Of a DNA stretch of 64,000 bases, positions 13,058 through 30,018 are shown one piece after another. A program made the translations under genes and the position numbers. The notes beneath the pieces were generated by a model that was given only the letters and a program-made list of their open reading frames with translations, ran no database searches and was not told where the DNA came from. How positions within the stretch are numbered: the stretch's first letter is position 1; each line of letters opens with the position of its first letter. Location of the stretch: assembly GCA_964016885.1 (NCBI GenBank), contig OZ024742.1, positions 35,030,001-35,094,000 of the forward strand, written 5' to 3'. Source of the stretch: Eledone cirrhosa. Taxonomy: Eukaryota.

Positions 13058-15338
13058 TTAGTTTTGCGAGGTTTTTTATATGAAATCGTGTGTCGAAACA
13101 AATATTGTTATACTTGGGGAGGGTCATATTTGTGTAATATTGCCAGAATTAATAACAGAAGACACTCACTGTTTCGTTGGTTTTCGCTTTTCGCTTCTGT
13201 GTATTTTATATCGGTAATCTAATTTATTCGGTCCTCAATGTTGCCATTGACTGACCGGCGGTCAAAAATAATACAAATACAATATAGACACAAACACATA
13301 TATATAGTTTATCAGAGTTCTTTCGTTGCACATCTGCAACATCGTCAGTGGTGCTATTGTTTCCTCCCGTTGCATTGTATGTCTACGCCATTTTTATTTA
13401 GTCTGTCTATATATTTATTTATTCATTTGTTTGTTTGTTCATTTTATTGTGTCTTCTTTGCGCATTCGTTTGCGTGTGTGTATAGTGTTTTGTTTGATGT
13501 GTGTTCGTGATTGGGTGACTAGTGTGTGTTTATGTGTTTGTTGTTATTGTGCTTGTGTATGTATTTATTTATTTATTTATCTATTTATTTATTTATTTAT
13601 TTATTTATTTATACTTCTCTTAGGTCAGTGTTGTTTGTTTGGGTGTTGTTGTTATTCCATTCATTCTTTCTGTTTAGTCTTGGCCTTCTAAGTTCTATTT
13701 CACTGGCCTCTCTGATTTGCCTATCTGCTGGGTCATTTCTATGTTTAGATATTATTCTAATTTCTATGTTGTCTATGTTACCGTCGTGTTGTTGTCTGGC
13801 ATGTTCGTATAGTACTGACCCGTTTTTTCGTACTTTTAGTTCCCCCCAGTGCTGGTTTATCCTTTCACCTATGCTACGAGCTGTCTTGCCTATGTATGTT
13901 GTTGTCATGTTTCTGCAAGTACCCTCTGTACATCTTATGCTATAGACTACGTTTCTAGTTTTACAGTTTATCCGGGGGTTTACCTTACATATAATACATT
14001 TCCTATTAGTACAGTGGGTTTTCTTAAAAGGGTAGGTTTTGCTGATCAGGGATTTTATGGTGGTTCCTGGCTTTTCTACCACCTTAATCTTTAAGTGGGT
14101 CTTTCTCAGGGCCTTTCTACACTGGTTAGCTAATTTCCCTCCAGGAGTAGCGTCCACAAACATGACACTCTGGTATCTCTGGTTGTCGTACCATGAGGTG
14201 GCTTTCCCTATCTTATGTCTAGCCCTATCTAAGCTATTCCATGATTTGCTCCTGTATAATGGGCAAATTCCTTTCATGTCCAGTTCTATGAGGGTCTTAT
14301 ACTTCTCCATGGCTCCTTCGTATACTCTGACTCTGTCTCTTTGGTTGTAGCCAGAGAACTGCATGCGGTTGATGAAGTGTTGGATGTGTCTTTCCATTTC
14401 TGTTGGGTCGCACATGCGGGACACATTCTTCATCACTCGTACCAAATCTGCGATCAGAATATTAAACTTAGCACTGCTGGACATTGCTGAGTTTTTGAGT
14501 ATCAGGTATTTGGAGGCCATGGGTTTAGCATAGTGTGAGTGGAGAATCTGGGCTCTCTCGTCTATAGTGTTAATCCAGAGTTCCGTGTCTAATACAGGTA
14601 GTCTATTGTTAGGGTGTTTGGAAGGGAAGTCGATAGTTACAGTTATACTCTGGTGTATGGAATTAGCTATCTGCTGGATGCTTTCCATTGTGCTACGTTC
14701 TAAATCAAACTTGTTAGTGCTCTCTAGTGGGGATGTTCTTATAACTATATTGATATCGTCTACGTAACGAGAGTACATGATGAGGTCTATAGAGCTCTCA
14801 TTAAGGATATCTTTAAGTCTCCTTTCCCACCATACCATGAAAAGGTTGGCAACATCATCAGCTATGCTGACGCCAATGGCTGCTCCCTCATTTTGGGTGT
14901 AGATCTTCTCGTTGAATTTGAATATGTGGCTTTTTAGGGTAGTTTTGATACTAGCCCCTATTGCATGTGCGACCATTTTTCTTACCTGATCATTGTTTTG
15001 GGGGATCCGTATAGCTTTGGTCCACCCAATCCACCTTCCCATGGGAGTCTTTTTTGCCATTGAGGTTATGGTGGGGGGTCTACCTCTTATGGGTCTACTA
15101 GGGCAGAAACGTCTAAGGTCATGGCTGTCTAGGTAGCCTTGATGTAGTTCGGCATGCTATCTATTGACATCCTACCAGACTTATCCGTGGGTAGACATAC
15201 TACCTCACCATCCCTTGTGCGCTGCTTGAGGCTAACCAAGCCTTCTACAGGTTTCCAAAACCAACCAAATAGTGAGTGTGTTCTGTTATTAATTCTGGCA
15301 ATATTACACAAATATGACCCTCCCCAAGTATAACAATA
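13058..15338 (-). mobile_element. 5'-truncated Penelope-like element (ORF 13609-15060, RT + GIY-YIG) with about 80-bp inverted terminus 13102-13183 / 15257-15338
   Basis: GAAIG..ANLFM..YSRYVDD..LPVLD..KPMAS; CxxxxCxxC..NVVYSI..YIGKT.RS..ER..H..REASEI..LN; upstream LPTDKSG motif at 15129-15311. Confidence 0.92.
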
Positions 15339-15378
15339 TATATATATATATATATATATATGTCAATTACTTAATCTC

Positions 15379-15511
<133 letters not shown>

Positions 15512-15638
15512 TATTTTGTGTGTGTGTGTTTGTGTGTATAGTGAGAGAGAGAGAGAAAGAGAGGGGGGGGGGAATCTTTCAGACAGATAGACAAACAGAC
15601 AAACAGAAGAAAATGTAAATAGGAATATGTAGCGATAC

Positions 15639-15701
15639 CTTGTTCGGCGAACGACAATGGTTCAACTGAGTCGACCATGGTCTCTGCTCCAACTGGGGCA
15701 T
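15639..15701 (-). CDS. 63-nt internal exon of secreted prepro-protein gene: (D)[20 protein letters not shown]
   Basis: Acceptor TCATCTTCTGTCTTTTTAG, donor CAAG|GTATCG, phase 1-1, open in frame, non-repetitive acidic sequence. Confidence 0.65.
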
Positions 15702-16295
15702 CTAAAAAGACAGAAGATGAAACCTTATGTCCAGGGTGATTGTGATGTTGATGACGGTGGTGATCATGATGGTGGTGGTGGTGGTCGTCGTTGTCGTGCC
15801 GTGGTACTAATGATGGTAATGGCAATGGTGGGAGCCTGACGGTGGTGATGTTGTTTTTGTTATCTTCATTAGATGGGTATGACAATTAAAAACTAGTCAC
15901 AATAATACGAGCCAACGAAATATAATGTAAAGTATTTCATAAACCATTAAAATGAGTTTCAAGGAAGACAGTACTGGCCTTTATATTTCTAGAAATCTCA
16001 TATGTTATGAAAGAAATAGGAACATCTGACTGATAAGATAACAAGTTAGTCAATCATATTGGTGGCCTCCCCACAGCCCCGGCGGACAGAATGGAGAAGG
16101 CGTTTCCCCGGAGGACGGCAAGGGAGACGCGCTGGAAAATCCATTCCAGATCGGGGGGCTCACACCTGCGGCTGGCCAGCTCAGCGCCTATGGTGGTGTT
16201 GTTGTTTGGGTACCTTGAGATGCAGCGAGACTAATGACAAATCCATCAAATAACACCCGGACATGCTCAGATTAGAGTATGTGTGTTTTGTGTGT

Positions 16296-16538
16296 GACAG
16301 CTCACACCTATGCAGGTTTAGCTGGCCTCCTCCAAGGTATATCTCGTTGGAGGTGTCTTGGGTGATTTAATGATAGGGACCCCAGTCCTATCATCTCATT
16401 TCTACAGCTGAGTAAACTGGAGCAACATGAAATAAAGTGTCTTGTTCAAGGAAACAACACATCACCCGGTCCGAGAATTGAACTCACAACCTTTCGATTG
16501 AAAGCCCAATGTTCTAACCACTAAGCCATGCGCCTTCA
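16296..16538 (-). mobile_element. tRNA-derived CORE-like SINE family B
   Basis: Reverse complement of 61137-61373; A/B boxes then CCTTGA.CAAGACACTTTATTTCA..TTGCTCCAGTTTACTCAGCTGTAGAAATGAG. Confidence 0.85.
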
Positions 16539-16921
16539 CATTAAAATATGTTTCACTATAAAGAGTGAAGAATACATATTGTAGGTGGTTAGTACACTTT
16601 AATATATTAATTTAATTGATTTGTATTCACCATTCCTCTTGGAGGTAATATGTTCGTTACCATGGTGCGTTTTCATCCCCTATGATTGAATACATATCTC
16701 TATGTGTACTTCTCGCTATATGATGATTTATAAAGAGCTTGGAATCTATTCCTTGAGCTCATTAAATTATAGGGGATTAATGCGAGTCTTTAACTCCATT
16801 TTTTTATTATATATATATATATATATATATAATATGTATATATGCATGAACCTAATACTAACACTTTGTACTGCACTCTTCGTTATTGTTTTTGTTTTCT
16901 GTTTTAACTTATATATATATA

Positions 16922-17495
<574 letters not shown>

Positions 17496-17670
17496 TGTTC
17501 TCCTTTATTTACTTCTACACGTGCTTACGCTCTGCTAATTCTCTCGCTCACTAGATATTAACACTTCTAATATTTAACACTGCCGGCAATAGTATTGAGC
17601 ACCCTCTGCATACGCTATTGGCAAATAACTACATGTATCGCCTATCCCTCCTTCTCTCTCTCGATACGTA

Positions 17671-17729
<59 letters not shown>

Positions 17730-18057
17730 GAGAGAGAGAGAGAGAGGTTGTAACGACCAGTTACTGTACGTTCACAAGAGTGACCACTCGATGCATAGTT
17801 TCCAGTCAGTATAAATGTGTAGTACTAAGCAGAGTGTAATACTAATAATAAAAAGTAAGGATTGTTAGATCTTAATTACTTTTATTGAGTAGTGACGCAC
17901 GTTTCACGATTGATCATCCCCAGGTTCAATCTGTATCGATCTAGCCCGACTCTAGAATCAAAAGCTCAAGATATATTTATATATCTCGTATTATTTTTTA
18001 CACTTTTCCTACGTTCTCTTACACTCTATACGTCTCTTTCTACACTTCCTCTTACAG

Positions 18058-18123
<66 letters not shown>

Positions 18124-18269
18124 TCTATCTCTCTCTCTCTCTCTCTTTCTCAATACCACCTGATTCTGTTACCCGTAGATTTACCCATCTGCATTATTGA
18201 GGCTTCCAAAAAGACCATTTTTAATCTTTTTAATATTCCCCAATTCTTCAAGCACACTTTAACACTCTC

Positions 18270-18347
<78 letters not shown>

Positions 18348-18443
18348 AGGGAACGGCCGAAGGATTCAAGAACACCCGCTTTGTCCGTTTCCTCGTCGAT
18401 TCAATTTGGTTTGCCTTGGGAACGTAACCTTATTATGTAAGAA

Positions 18444-18518
18444 GCTGTCTGATGATATCATGGCACTGGGTACGTGGAATCGTGTGGCCACTGTCGTCAT
18501 TGAAATATGTATTACAGC
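18444..18518 (+). ncRNA. Type-I hammerhead motif in PLE-type terminus
   Basis: GCTGT-CTGATGA...GAAA-TATG-TATT-ACAGC; stem I GCTGT/ACAGC; followed by AATAAA and (TA)n. Confidence 0.65.
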
Positions 18519-18567
18519 CTTATCAATAAAGGACTAACATTTGAAAGTACTTCGCAGTTTCTTATTC

Positions 18568-18629
<62 letters not shown>

Positions 18630-18768
18630 TCAATACTCATCTTTTTCCATTTATCTGAGGGTTGTAAACCCCATTATCAGGCTAAAATTCTTTTAGTCAA
18701 AAATACGGTGAAAGCTGTTCTGTTTTGTAATTTCAAGCCTGCTCACTGTTTCAAAACATACTTACTTG

Positions 18769-18829
<61 letters not shown>

Positions 18830-18840
18830 TATATTTATAC

Positions 18841-20084
<1,244 letters not shown>

Positions 20085-20734
20085 CACACACACATAAGTG
20101 TAAAATCAAAGAAAATACTTCAAATCATGTTATTAACTTCTACTATTAACTTCTACATTCCTTTCAACTTTAATGAATAACAAACTGCGTAATTTGCAGA
20201 TCAAGTAATTGTCGTTATTTGCAGGTTAATTAATCAATCTACCAAATCAGTAAAGCAGTTTCACTCACTTAACATTAAAATAACTTCAGTAAATCGATTT
20301 AAGATTTGAAGAATGCATGTACCGCAGAAAAATATACCAATCCATAGTTCATAACATATAGATACTAAAAAGTCTTTTTAAAAAACGCACTTATGCAAGA
20401 CGTTGTTTAGATTGGCAAAAGAGACTGTTATTTTTTTAATTCAACTTTTTGACCCTCTAGGGCCCGCATTATGTGAAAAACTGCGTTTTTTTTCAGCTTT
20501 TTAGGGGTTTTTTTGTGGCGTTACGTCAGATCGATTTCCTTGAAATTGTAACTATGTATTAGTTAGTCTCTTCTTCATACCGTGAGCAAAGAAAATCCAA
20601 TATATATATATATATACATACTACTGTACGTCTGTATACATATATGTTTGTACGTATACATACTTATATTTAAGTAACAGCCGTACTAAGAGTGAGAAAT
20701 GAAATTTCGTTTCATTTTTTCCGTTTATATATAT

Positions 20735-21070
<336 letters not shown>

Positions 21071-21151
21071 GGTAAACAGAAATAACAACATAATCGGTAC
21101 AGTATATGGAAGGGATATATTAGGTTAACGCTTGATATAGCAGGAAGACGG

Positions 21152-21187
21152 TCTTAACGTTTCGGACGCTAGTCCTTCATCAGAAGA
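21152..21187 (-). ncRNA. Canonical minimal type-I hammerhead ribozyme
   Basis: TCTT-CTGATGA-AGGAC TAGC GTCC-GAAA-CG-TTA-AGA; identical to 24040-24075. Confidence 0.8.
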
Positions 21188-21343
21188 GAAGAAAGAATGA
21201 GAAATAAGATAGATGGAGTGGGACGGGCGGGATGTATATCCAGGGAGTGTAACGTGGAGTTACTGTAGGTTCAGCCTGGTGAGCACTCGATGTTTAGGTT
21301 CACGTCAGTATCAAGGTGTAGAGCTAGACAGAGTGTAATATAA

Positions 21344-21529
21344 TAATTGTTTCTACTTTAGGTACAAGGCCAGCAATTAACCAGTGCATTACTGGTACTT
21401 TATTTTATCGACCCCGTAAGGATGAAAGGCAAAGTCAACCTCGGCGGGATTTGAACTCAGATCGTAAAGGGACGTAACTATGCTGGAAAGCATGGCGTCT
21501 GACCCTCTACCGATATTGCCAATCCACCT
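21344..21529 (-). mobile_element. SINE family A
   Basis: Consensus match; interrupts a PLE-type terminus homologous to 17748-17975. Confidence 0.85.
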
Positions 21530-21747
21530 TCATTACGTTTATTGGTTGGTGACGCGCGTTTCGCTACTGATCAGCTCAAGGTTCGATCTGTATCGATCTA
21601 GCCCAACTCTGGAATCAAAAGCTTGTCGGACCTATATATATATATTGTCTTTTCATTCTGATTATAATTTCCATTATAATTATCTCCTTTCTTGTGTTCT
21701 TACCCTTCTTAAGGGACATTCGGTAACACGGGAGATGTTTTATTTAT

Positions 21748-21938
21748 AATTGTTTCTACTTTTGGCCCAAGGCCAGCAATTACCCAGTGCATTACTGGTA
21801 CTTCATTTTATCGACCCCGTAAGGATGAAAGGCAAAGTTAACCTTGGCTGGATTTGAACTCAGAATGGCAAGGGCCATAACTCTATGCTACAAAGTATGG
21901 CGTCCAACCCTGTACCGATACTGCCAATCCTCCGCCCC
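21748..21938 (-). mobile_element. SINE family A
   Basis: Full-length consensus match. Confidence 0.85.
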
Positions 21939-22529
21939 TTGTTTGATCTATAATACGATCCAATAAGTATCCTGTTTCTTATGCTGATCTATCATCCCTC
22001 TGTTCATATTGTTATAGTTCATATTGTTGTCACTGGTGTTACTATTGTTGTTGTTGATGTTGTTCTTGTTATTTATACTGCACTATTTTGAACATCAACT
22101 CTTATCGCCATACATCACAGACAGGGTTTTAAAGTACATTTGTGTTTGTGATTAATCAAATAGTGACGGACGTATAACCCTCCACCGACAAATGGAATTT
22201 ACAGCTACCAGGGTACAGGAATTGGCAGTGGTTTCTTAGGCCTGGCACCAATAAAACACAACGCTAACCATCTGAGATACGTTTACTAATAAATTTGAAA
22301 TACCCATAAAATGTCAAATAACCCACTAATCATTAATAGGGTGTTCTGAGTGACGAGAACCGACCATAGGTGAAGTACATTCAACCAGTTTATTGAAGTG
22401 GTAACTCGTGAAGTGGTGCCAGCTAGAGAGTCTTTTATTAAGACTCATATGTTAACCGAGCTTGAAGCACCAAAATCAAAATACTCGACTGAGTAATATC
22501 GCAGTATAAAAGTTATATAATAACTGCCT

Positions 22530-22722
22530 GGGGGATTGACAGTATTGGTAGAGTGTCAGACATCATGCATTGTAGCATAGAGTTACGCTTCTGTATAGTC
22601 TGAGTTCAAATCCCACCAAAGTTAGCTTTGCCTTTTTTCATCCTTACGGGGTCGATAAGATAAAGTACCAGTAATGCACTGGGAAATTTGCTGGCCTTGT
22701 GTCAAAAGTAGAAACAACTATT
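22530..22722 (+). mobile_element. SINE family A
   Basis: GAGTTCAAATCC, CATCCTTACGGGGTCGATAAGATAAAGTACCAG, AGTAGAAACAA. Confidence 0.85.
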
Positions 22723-23232
22723 TATTTATTTTATGTTCTGATTTATTTATTTATTTATTTTTGTATTGCATGCTTAGGGTCGATGGGGTGGGGATGGCGG
22801 TGCTAAAAATACCCTGACACGGTGGATGGTCTGAAACCAAATTCCTGATTTAGTTCGTTTCTCCATAGACATTTATGTCATATTTTCTGTACTGATTTAT
22901 TTAATAAATTAATTATTTTTGTACATGGCTAGAGTCCATGAGAAGGTTTTCTTGTACCAAAAGTAGAAATAATTATCATCATCATCATTATATATATATA
23001 TATATATGGATTGTAACGTCAAGTTACTGTACCTTCACCAGAGTGAGCACTCAATGCGTACTTTCGAGTAAATATATTGGTGTTGTACAAATCAGATTGC
23101 AATAACAGAAGTCTGGTGAGCTTTTGATTCCAGAGTCCGGTTCGATCGATACAGATCGAACCTTGAACTGATCAATCATGAAATGCGCGTCACACCACAA
23201 TAAATGTAATAAAAATTTAACACTTCATCCTT

Positions 23233-23263
<31 letters not shown>

Positions 23264-23488
23264 ATATGTATATATATATATTTAAAAGGAGCAGAAACGA
23301 AGTATTAATATAATATCCTTATGTTTATTGACACGTAATGCTTATTTCGTGATCGATCAGCTGAAAGTACGATCGGTAGTGATCGCGCTCGACTCTGAAA
23401 TCGATATATCATCGAACTTGTGAATTCTCGAAATATTTCGTCGCAATGCTTTAGAAAACTGCGCCGAAACTCAATTTGTGTATGTATT

Positions 23489-23943
<455 letters not shown>

Positions 23944-24039
23944 TATATATATCATGAATGGACCTGTTATTTTTATCTAAAGACAGTTTTTCCAATTCCA
24001 ACCCGCCCGTCCCCTCAATCTATCTTATTTCTCATTCTT

Positions 24040-24075
24040 TCTTCTGATGAAGGACTAGCGTCCGAAACGTTAAGA
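24040..24075 (+). ncRNA. Canonical minimal type-I hammerhead ribozyme
   Basis: Stem I TCTT/AAGA, CTGATGA, stem II GGAC/GTCC, GAAA, palindromic AACGTT stem III. Confidence 0.8.
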
Positions 24076-24170
24076 CCCTCTTCTTGCTATATCAAGTGTT
24101 AACCTAATATATCCCTTCCATATACTGTACCGATTGTGTTGTTATTTATGTTTACCTTTTACATACATAT

Positions 24171-24243
<73 letters not shown>

Positions 24244-24370
24244 AGGAATGAAGAGTAACATGGTTGGCTGTACAACAAGAGCTTTATTTCAGGTATTGAC
24301 AATTGTTCGACGCAGAGTACTCACAACCTCTAACTGGATTACCTATAACGATAACTTGTTACCTACCCCT

Positions 24371-24405
<35 letters not shown>

Positions 24406-24646
24406 TTATTTATATATATACATACATATATATATATATATATATTTATTTAGGTTTGTTGGTTCACCACTGGATAGAGATAGAACTGGCCATTCCGTAT
24501 GGTCAACCTCGATGTAATATTATGGAGAGCACTCAACGTAATGCAACTCACCCGTCTTCATTTGTGTAGTTGGTGGTGCTAGTACGGAGTTAATTATTAT
24601 AACATAACAGGAGGCTGGACTGGTGTAATTCCTTAAAAGGTTTATT

Positions 24647-24704
24647 ATACTATGATCATTTCAATGACCGGGTTTAGTATGAATTCGGTGACATCATCAG
24701 GTAT
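24647..24704 (-). ncRNA. Type-I hammerhead motif
   Basis: ATAC-CTGATGA-TGTCACCG..CCGGTCATT-GAAA-TGATCA-TA-GTAT. Confidence 0.65.
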
Positions 24705-24828
24705 TCGAAATATAACAAAGGAATATAATAGACAAAATCCATGAGGCTGAAAATCAGAGACATGAGGGCGACCGAACATTTAGCAGCTTCTGCCTCCTGT
24801 TATTTTATATTATATATATATATGTGAA

Positions 24829-24927
<99 letters not shown>

Positions 24928-25241
24928 GATAGGTATGAAGGTCCTATGATTAAAACATTCGAGAAACTTTTGAGAAGCAAATAATTTCATCATCATTAAA
25001 TTTCAACCGTTCGAAGTGGTAACCCAACATATCTAAAATCTCATGATTGAAAAGTTGAAGGTTCGGAGATGAAATAAAAAGGATAAAACTAGAACATACT
25101 TTTGACGCAGGCATGGAAGTGTGGTTAAGTAGTTTGTTTCACAACCGTATGATTTCGAGTTCAGTCCTATATCACGGCACATTGTGCAATTAACTTGTAG
25201 TATAGAAAAAAAGGAAAAGGAGACAAGAGAAATTTGCTTAC

Positions 25242-25338
25242 CTTCATCCACCACATCAAAGTATATGCCGTCCTGATAAGTGTTGAATGCTTGTGCAATC
25301 ATCACAAGACAAGCAAGGAAAATTGTAAGACGGAACAT
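25242..25338 (-). CDS. First coding exon of secreted prepro-protein: signal peptide MFRLTIFLACLVMIAQA + FNTYQDGIYFDVVDE
   Basis: GCCATG start context, hydrophobic core with AQA cleavage motif, donor GAAG|GTAAGC, phase 1. Confidence 0.75.
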
Positions 25339-25422
25339 GGCTCAGATTATTCAAGAATGGAACAGGTACAACCGTTCGTTACTGGAAAGTAATTCTAGAG
25401 TGAATAATTCTCACGGTAAAGT

Positions 25423-25430
25423 CTTATATA
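25423..25430 (-). promoter_or_regulatory. Candidate TATA box (TATATAAG) about 85 nt upstream of the ATG at 25338
   Basis: Motif and position only. Confidence 0.4.
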
Positions 25431-25588
25431 TACAGAGATGTATAGATAGAAATATACCCATACCTTGGGGTGTATGTGTGTTTACCCCCGTATGTGGTGT
25501 TATGTGCGCCCCTGTATGTGAAAACATGTGTGTATGTATACACAAACATATATATATATATATAAATGTATATATATATGTATATATA

Positions 25589-25621
<33 letters not shown>

Positions 25622-25623
25622 GC

Positions 25624-25721
<98 letters not shown>

Positions 25722-25921
25722 CTAGTTTGCAGCTGTACATTACTTACGGTTTCTCTAAATTCATCTATTCATTCCTTCACACACACACCCCACCCACCAC
25801 CACCATTTACCTGTCGTTTCTCACCTCACACCACCATCTCTGCCTTCTATTCATCTTTCTTTTCATATTTTCACCATTGTTCAGTGAAAGAGATACACAC
25901 ACACACACACAAACACACACA

Positions 25922-25968
<47 letters not shown>

Positions 25969-26299
25969 GAGAGTTACTTATAAGTTTCGCCTTTCTGGTG
26001 ACTTTTCATTTCTTTTTACTGAACTCCTTTTTTTCCTTTCTTTCGTAGTTGAAACGGCTTTCAAACCATTATTTCATTCTCCCTTTCCTTCCAGTCCATG
26101 TCATCGTCATTATTGTATATCCCCCGGTCTTGACAGTCAACTCACAATTCTAAAATAACTTACACCAACTTCAATATAATGGGTATTCAGAAAACGTCCG
26201 CCAGCTTTTATTCTTTTTCATTCTAAATCTCTTTCACTTTCACGCCATTTTCTTACACCCAAGCCCCACGTCCTCCCCAAGTCTGCATCGTTACCATTA

Positions 26300-26398
<99 letters not shown>

Positions 26399-26549
26399 TT
26401 GCTGTTGATATTGTTGCAGTTATTATTTATGTAGCATAATCTAGTGAAGTGTCTGTGTATGTGAGGGTGGAGGGTCTGCTTGTGCTCAAAGACAACAAGG
26501 TGAATAGTAATGGATAACCACATTAACAATGAATCGTGTGAACACACAA

Positions 26550-26690
<141 letters not shown>

Positions 26691-26717
26691 CATACATTCA
26701 TACATACATACATACAT

Positions 26718-28050
26718 ATAGAAGAGTAATAAAAATGTGGTCATCAGAACTGTCAGCGTACAACAAATACATTGCCCACAATGCTTATGCTGTGCCAATT
26801 CTAACGCCAACATTTGGCCTGCTGAACTGGTCATTGCAAGAACTAAGTGAGATGGATGTTATAACTCGCAAACTTCTCAGTGTTACTGGGAACTTTAACA
26901 TCAATGGTGATGTGGATAGGCTATACTTCTAACGCAAGGAAGGTGGTCGGGGTCTAAAATCCATATTAACATCATATGAGACCCGGATAGTAACACTGAA
27001 GCAACATCTTCAACAGAGGATAAAAGGTTGGCAACCATCTTGCCCAGGTTTATGAGCATGAAAAAAAAAATCATTAGAATAGCCACTGATCTGGAGGAGA
27101 GATATGGAATAAAGCCTGATATAAATCTCTCACCCAGAGAAATCGGAAAATCCTATTCAATGTTCAAACAAGATGAAAAAATTGACCAATTTACAGAAAA
27201 AGTCGTGCATGGATACTTGAGACGTAAAACACAGACCATAGAGGGGATAAACCACTCAAAAAGCCTGGTATGGAGTACCGACAAGTTTATGACATCATAC
27301 CTTGAGGGATATCTCTATGCAATGCAGGAACAAGAACTCCCTACCAAATATCTGCTGCACAAAAGGGGAGGGCCAGCAGCTGACAATAAATGTAGGCTAT
27401 GTAAAACAAAGATCGAGGATGTAAGCCACATTGTTTCCAGCTGTGAAAGAATGTCATCTCGCTACTACCTCCCCATGAGACACAATGGGATAGCTAGAAC
27501 CATCTGCAACGCACTTCGGAAAACAAAATTAACAACAAACGAGGAAGAATATATTGAGACAGATAGCACTAAGGAATACTGGTGGAACCTGAAAATAAAA
27601 ACTGCCACCAAATTAAAGCACAACCGGCCTGATATTGTTGTTTGGGACCACACATTGAAAACGTGTTCTGTTGTGGAGATCAGCTGCCCACTTGATGTTA
27701 ACGTTGTCAGAAAAATACAGGAGAAGGGGGACATCTACGGACCATTGATGAGGAGTTTACAAATCCAGTATCCAAGATACACCTTTAGCTTCATACCCAT
27801 CATTATTGGTGCTACGGGTTATATACCAACCCGCTTGGACGAAAGTATGACTGAACTTGGATTTGTGGACAAAAAGCGCAGCTCCCTAATTCATAGTCTA
27901 CAAATGGCTGCGACAGCTGGCACCTTCAAAATTTGCAAAACATTCTTGCGATTCAAGGGATGACAATTCCTTTTCTTTTACAACCTTGCCACCAGGAAGG
28001 TGGCCGGTCAAAAAAATATACTCGAAATCAAGAGAAAGAGATAACATAGA
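26718..28050 (+). mobile_element. 5'-truncated R4/Dong-like restriction-endonuclease LINE (ORF pieces about 26720-26932 and 27028-27963)
   Basis: [26 protein letters not shown]; CRLC..EDVSHIVSSC zinc knuckle, RHN, PDIVVWD, VEISCP..K. Confidence 0.88.
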
Positions 28051-28149
28051 TACATACATGTATGTGTGTATGCATACATATGCATACATATGCATACACA
28101 CATACACAAACATATATGTGTGTATGTATCTGCGTATTATTTTTCTTTT

Positions 28150-28600
28150 TTTCTTTTACTCTTTTATTTGTTCCAGTCCACGGGCAGCGGTTATACCGTG
28201 GCACCACCATTACCGCTCCTGTTGAAGTTAACTGTTTGGAGAATGACGCTGCTTCACTTTTGCTGCCCTCATAAGTATTTCTTGCCATGGCGTATGTTCA
28301 TATGAGATCTCAGACAGTAGAATGTCCAGATGTTTCTTGAAAACCTTCACCTCCACTCCATTTAGATCTCTTAAGTTTTCGGCAGGATATTGAATAACCA
28401 AGGGTCCCTGAACCCTAAACTTTTGTAGTATCTGGTTCTAAATATAGGGGTGGAAACGTTTGTACTATACAGTATATTCGTCTAGTGTATGGGGTGACAA
28501 TGGATGTGAGCAATAATGCTGACAGATATTGTTCTAATTAATCTAGACAACACTTGCTCTGAATGATCTGAAAACCTGTACGACCCCTCATCTACACATT
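28150..28600 (-). pseudogene. Decayed CR1-like LINE 3' end
   Basis: Minus translation FRVQGP..LRDLNGVEVKVFKKHLD; tail GACTGGAACAAATAAAAGAGTAAAAG. Confidence 0.5.
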
Positions 28601-29918
28601 GTAGTTATTCTAAATTAAGCATTTGTGATGTTTCAAAAATTAAAACCATGCATTTTTTTATCTGATACAACTGAAAATATTTATGCCACTTAAGATTCTT
28701 TAAGAAAAAGAAAACTGGCACGTAGAAATTAATCGATTTAAATACACAAAAACTAACGTCTAGCCATAAGAAATATAATAGAGTAGAGTGTCTAGTCATG
28801 CATAAGCCTTGTGTTACCTTAAATAACCATAAAGAGAATTATTTAATAATTTTAAATGCAGGCATATAAACACAGCAAAGAGTAAACAGGATTTAGTAAG
28901 ATTTATCCTTCTAATTTTAATATTAACCAGATTATTACTTTACTTTTATGGAATAATAACTCGATAGTAATTAAGTGGTTTAATAATTTACATAACAAAC
29001 AGTTTGATATTGTTAAATTTAATCCATCTATACCTAAGGTTCTTTTTCAAAACACCTCTAACGTTCGCCAAGAAGTGATCTGTAACATAGTGTATATTAG
29101 CAGATTGTATATCTTTTTCGAAGACAAGATTGATGGGAGAAAAATAGACAAGAATATGGATTTTTCTTGAATTTGTTTTGCAAAGAGATAACTGGCGTAT
29201 AATCTTCAGCCATATGAACGAATATGTGAAGGCATGTGGCCTTATGGTTGGGCTATTGAACTTGCGACCATAAGATGATGAGGTTGATCCCTGGACCGAG
29301 CGGTGTATTGTGTATTTGACACGCTTCAATTTACTTTGCTTTTCATGATAGGATTGGGAGCTTAATAATATGAAAGTACAAGAGAAACCTTCTATAAAAT
29401 TGCAATATCGTAGAAAAGCAGCTAAGCCTTATATAGAACTGAGCTGTAAATTTCAATTTGTTATAGACATGAGTTAGATAACTGCAGGAAAAGTTTATTC
29501 CGTACATTAATTTCTTCAACATAACACAAGAAAAGAATTTTGAGAAATATTACCCCTATCACATGTCAAAAGGGAGTTACAAGAATGACTGAAGTGTCAT
29601 AAAAATCGCTACCAACAATCACACTGCATCTTCCCATGAGGGGGGGGGGGGGTACACCCTCCTTTCTAGCCATATATAGAAATTGAAAAAAAAAGCGAAT
29701 TAACAATTTGAACAATGTTGAGATATGCTTAATCAAAACAAATCATATGAAAAGTGTTCCATGGTTTTCAACCAATGTCGTACGAGGTTTTAATTTTAAT
29801 TTTAAAATCATATCTATCTATTCAGTATCTATTTATTTTGTTATTGATATTATTGTTCTGGTCTAATACCACTCCTCTATAAAAGCCATGCCTTGTGAAC
29901 ATTATCCTCACATTCGCT

Positions 29919-30018
29919 TGCTCTGATGAATTAACTGGTTATAAACAAAGTATTGGAGATCAATTGGCGCAACAACTGGCGATTAGCGACCTACCAGATC
30001 AAGAAACAATTGTCAGCA
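29919..30018 (+). ncRNA. Type-I hammerhead motif with GUC site
   Basis: TGCT-CTGATGA..CTGGT/ACCAG..GAAA-CAATTG-TC-AGCA; downstream tail homologous (reversed) to 24240-24305 and 50968-51038. Confidence 0.7.

Noticed and set aside
25033-25241. Remainder of the 101-aa ORF after DVVDEG as coding
   Set aside because: Follows a consensus GTAAGC donor and reads through an antisense SINE head (about 25108-25185); intronic.
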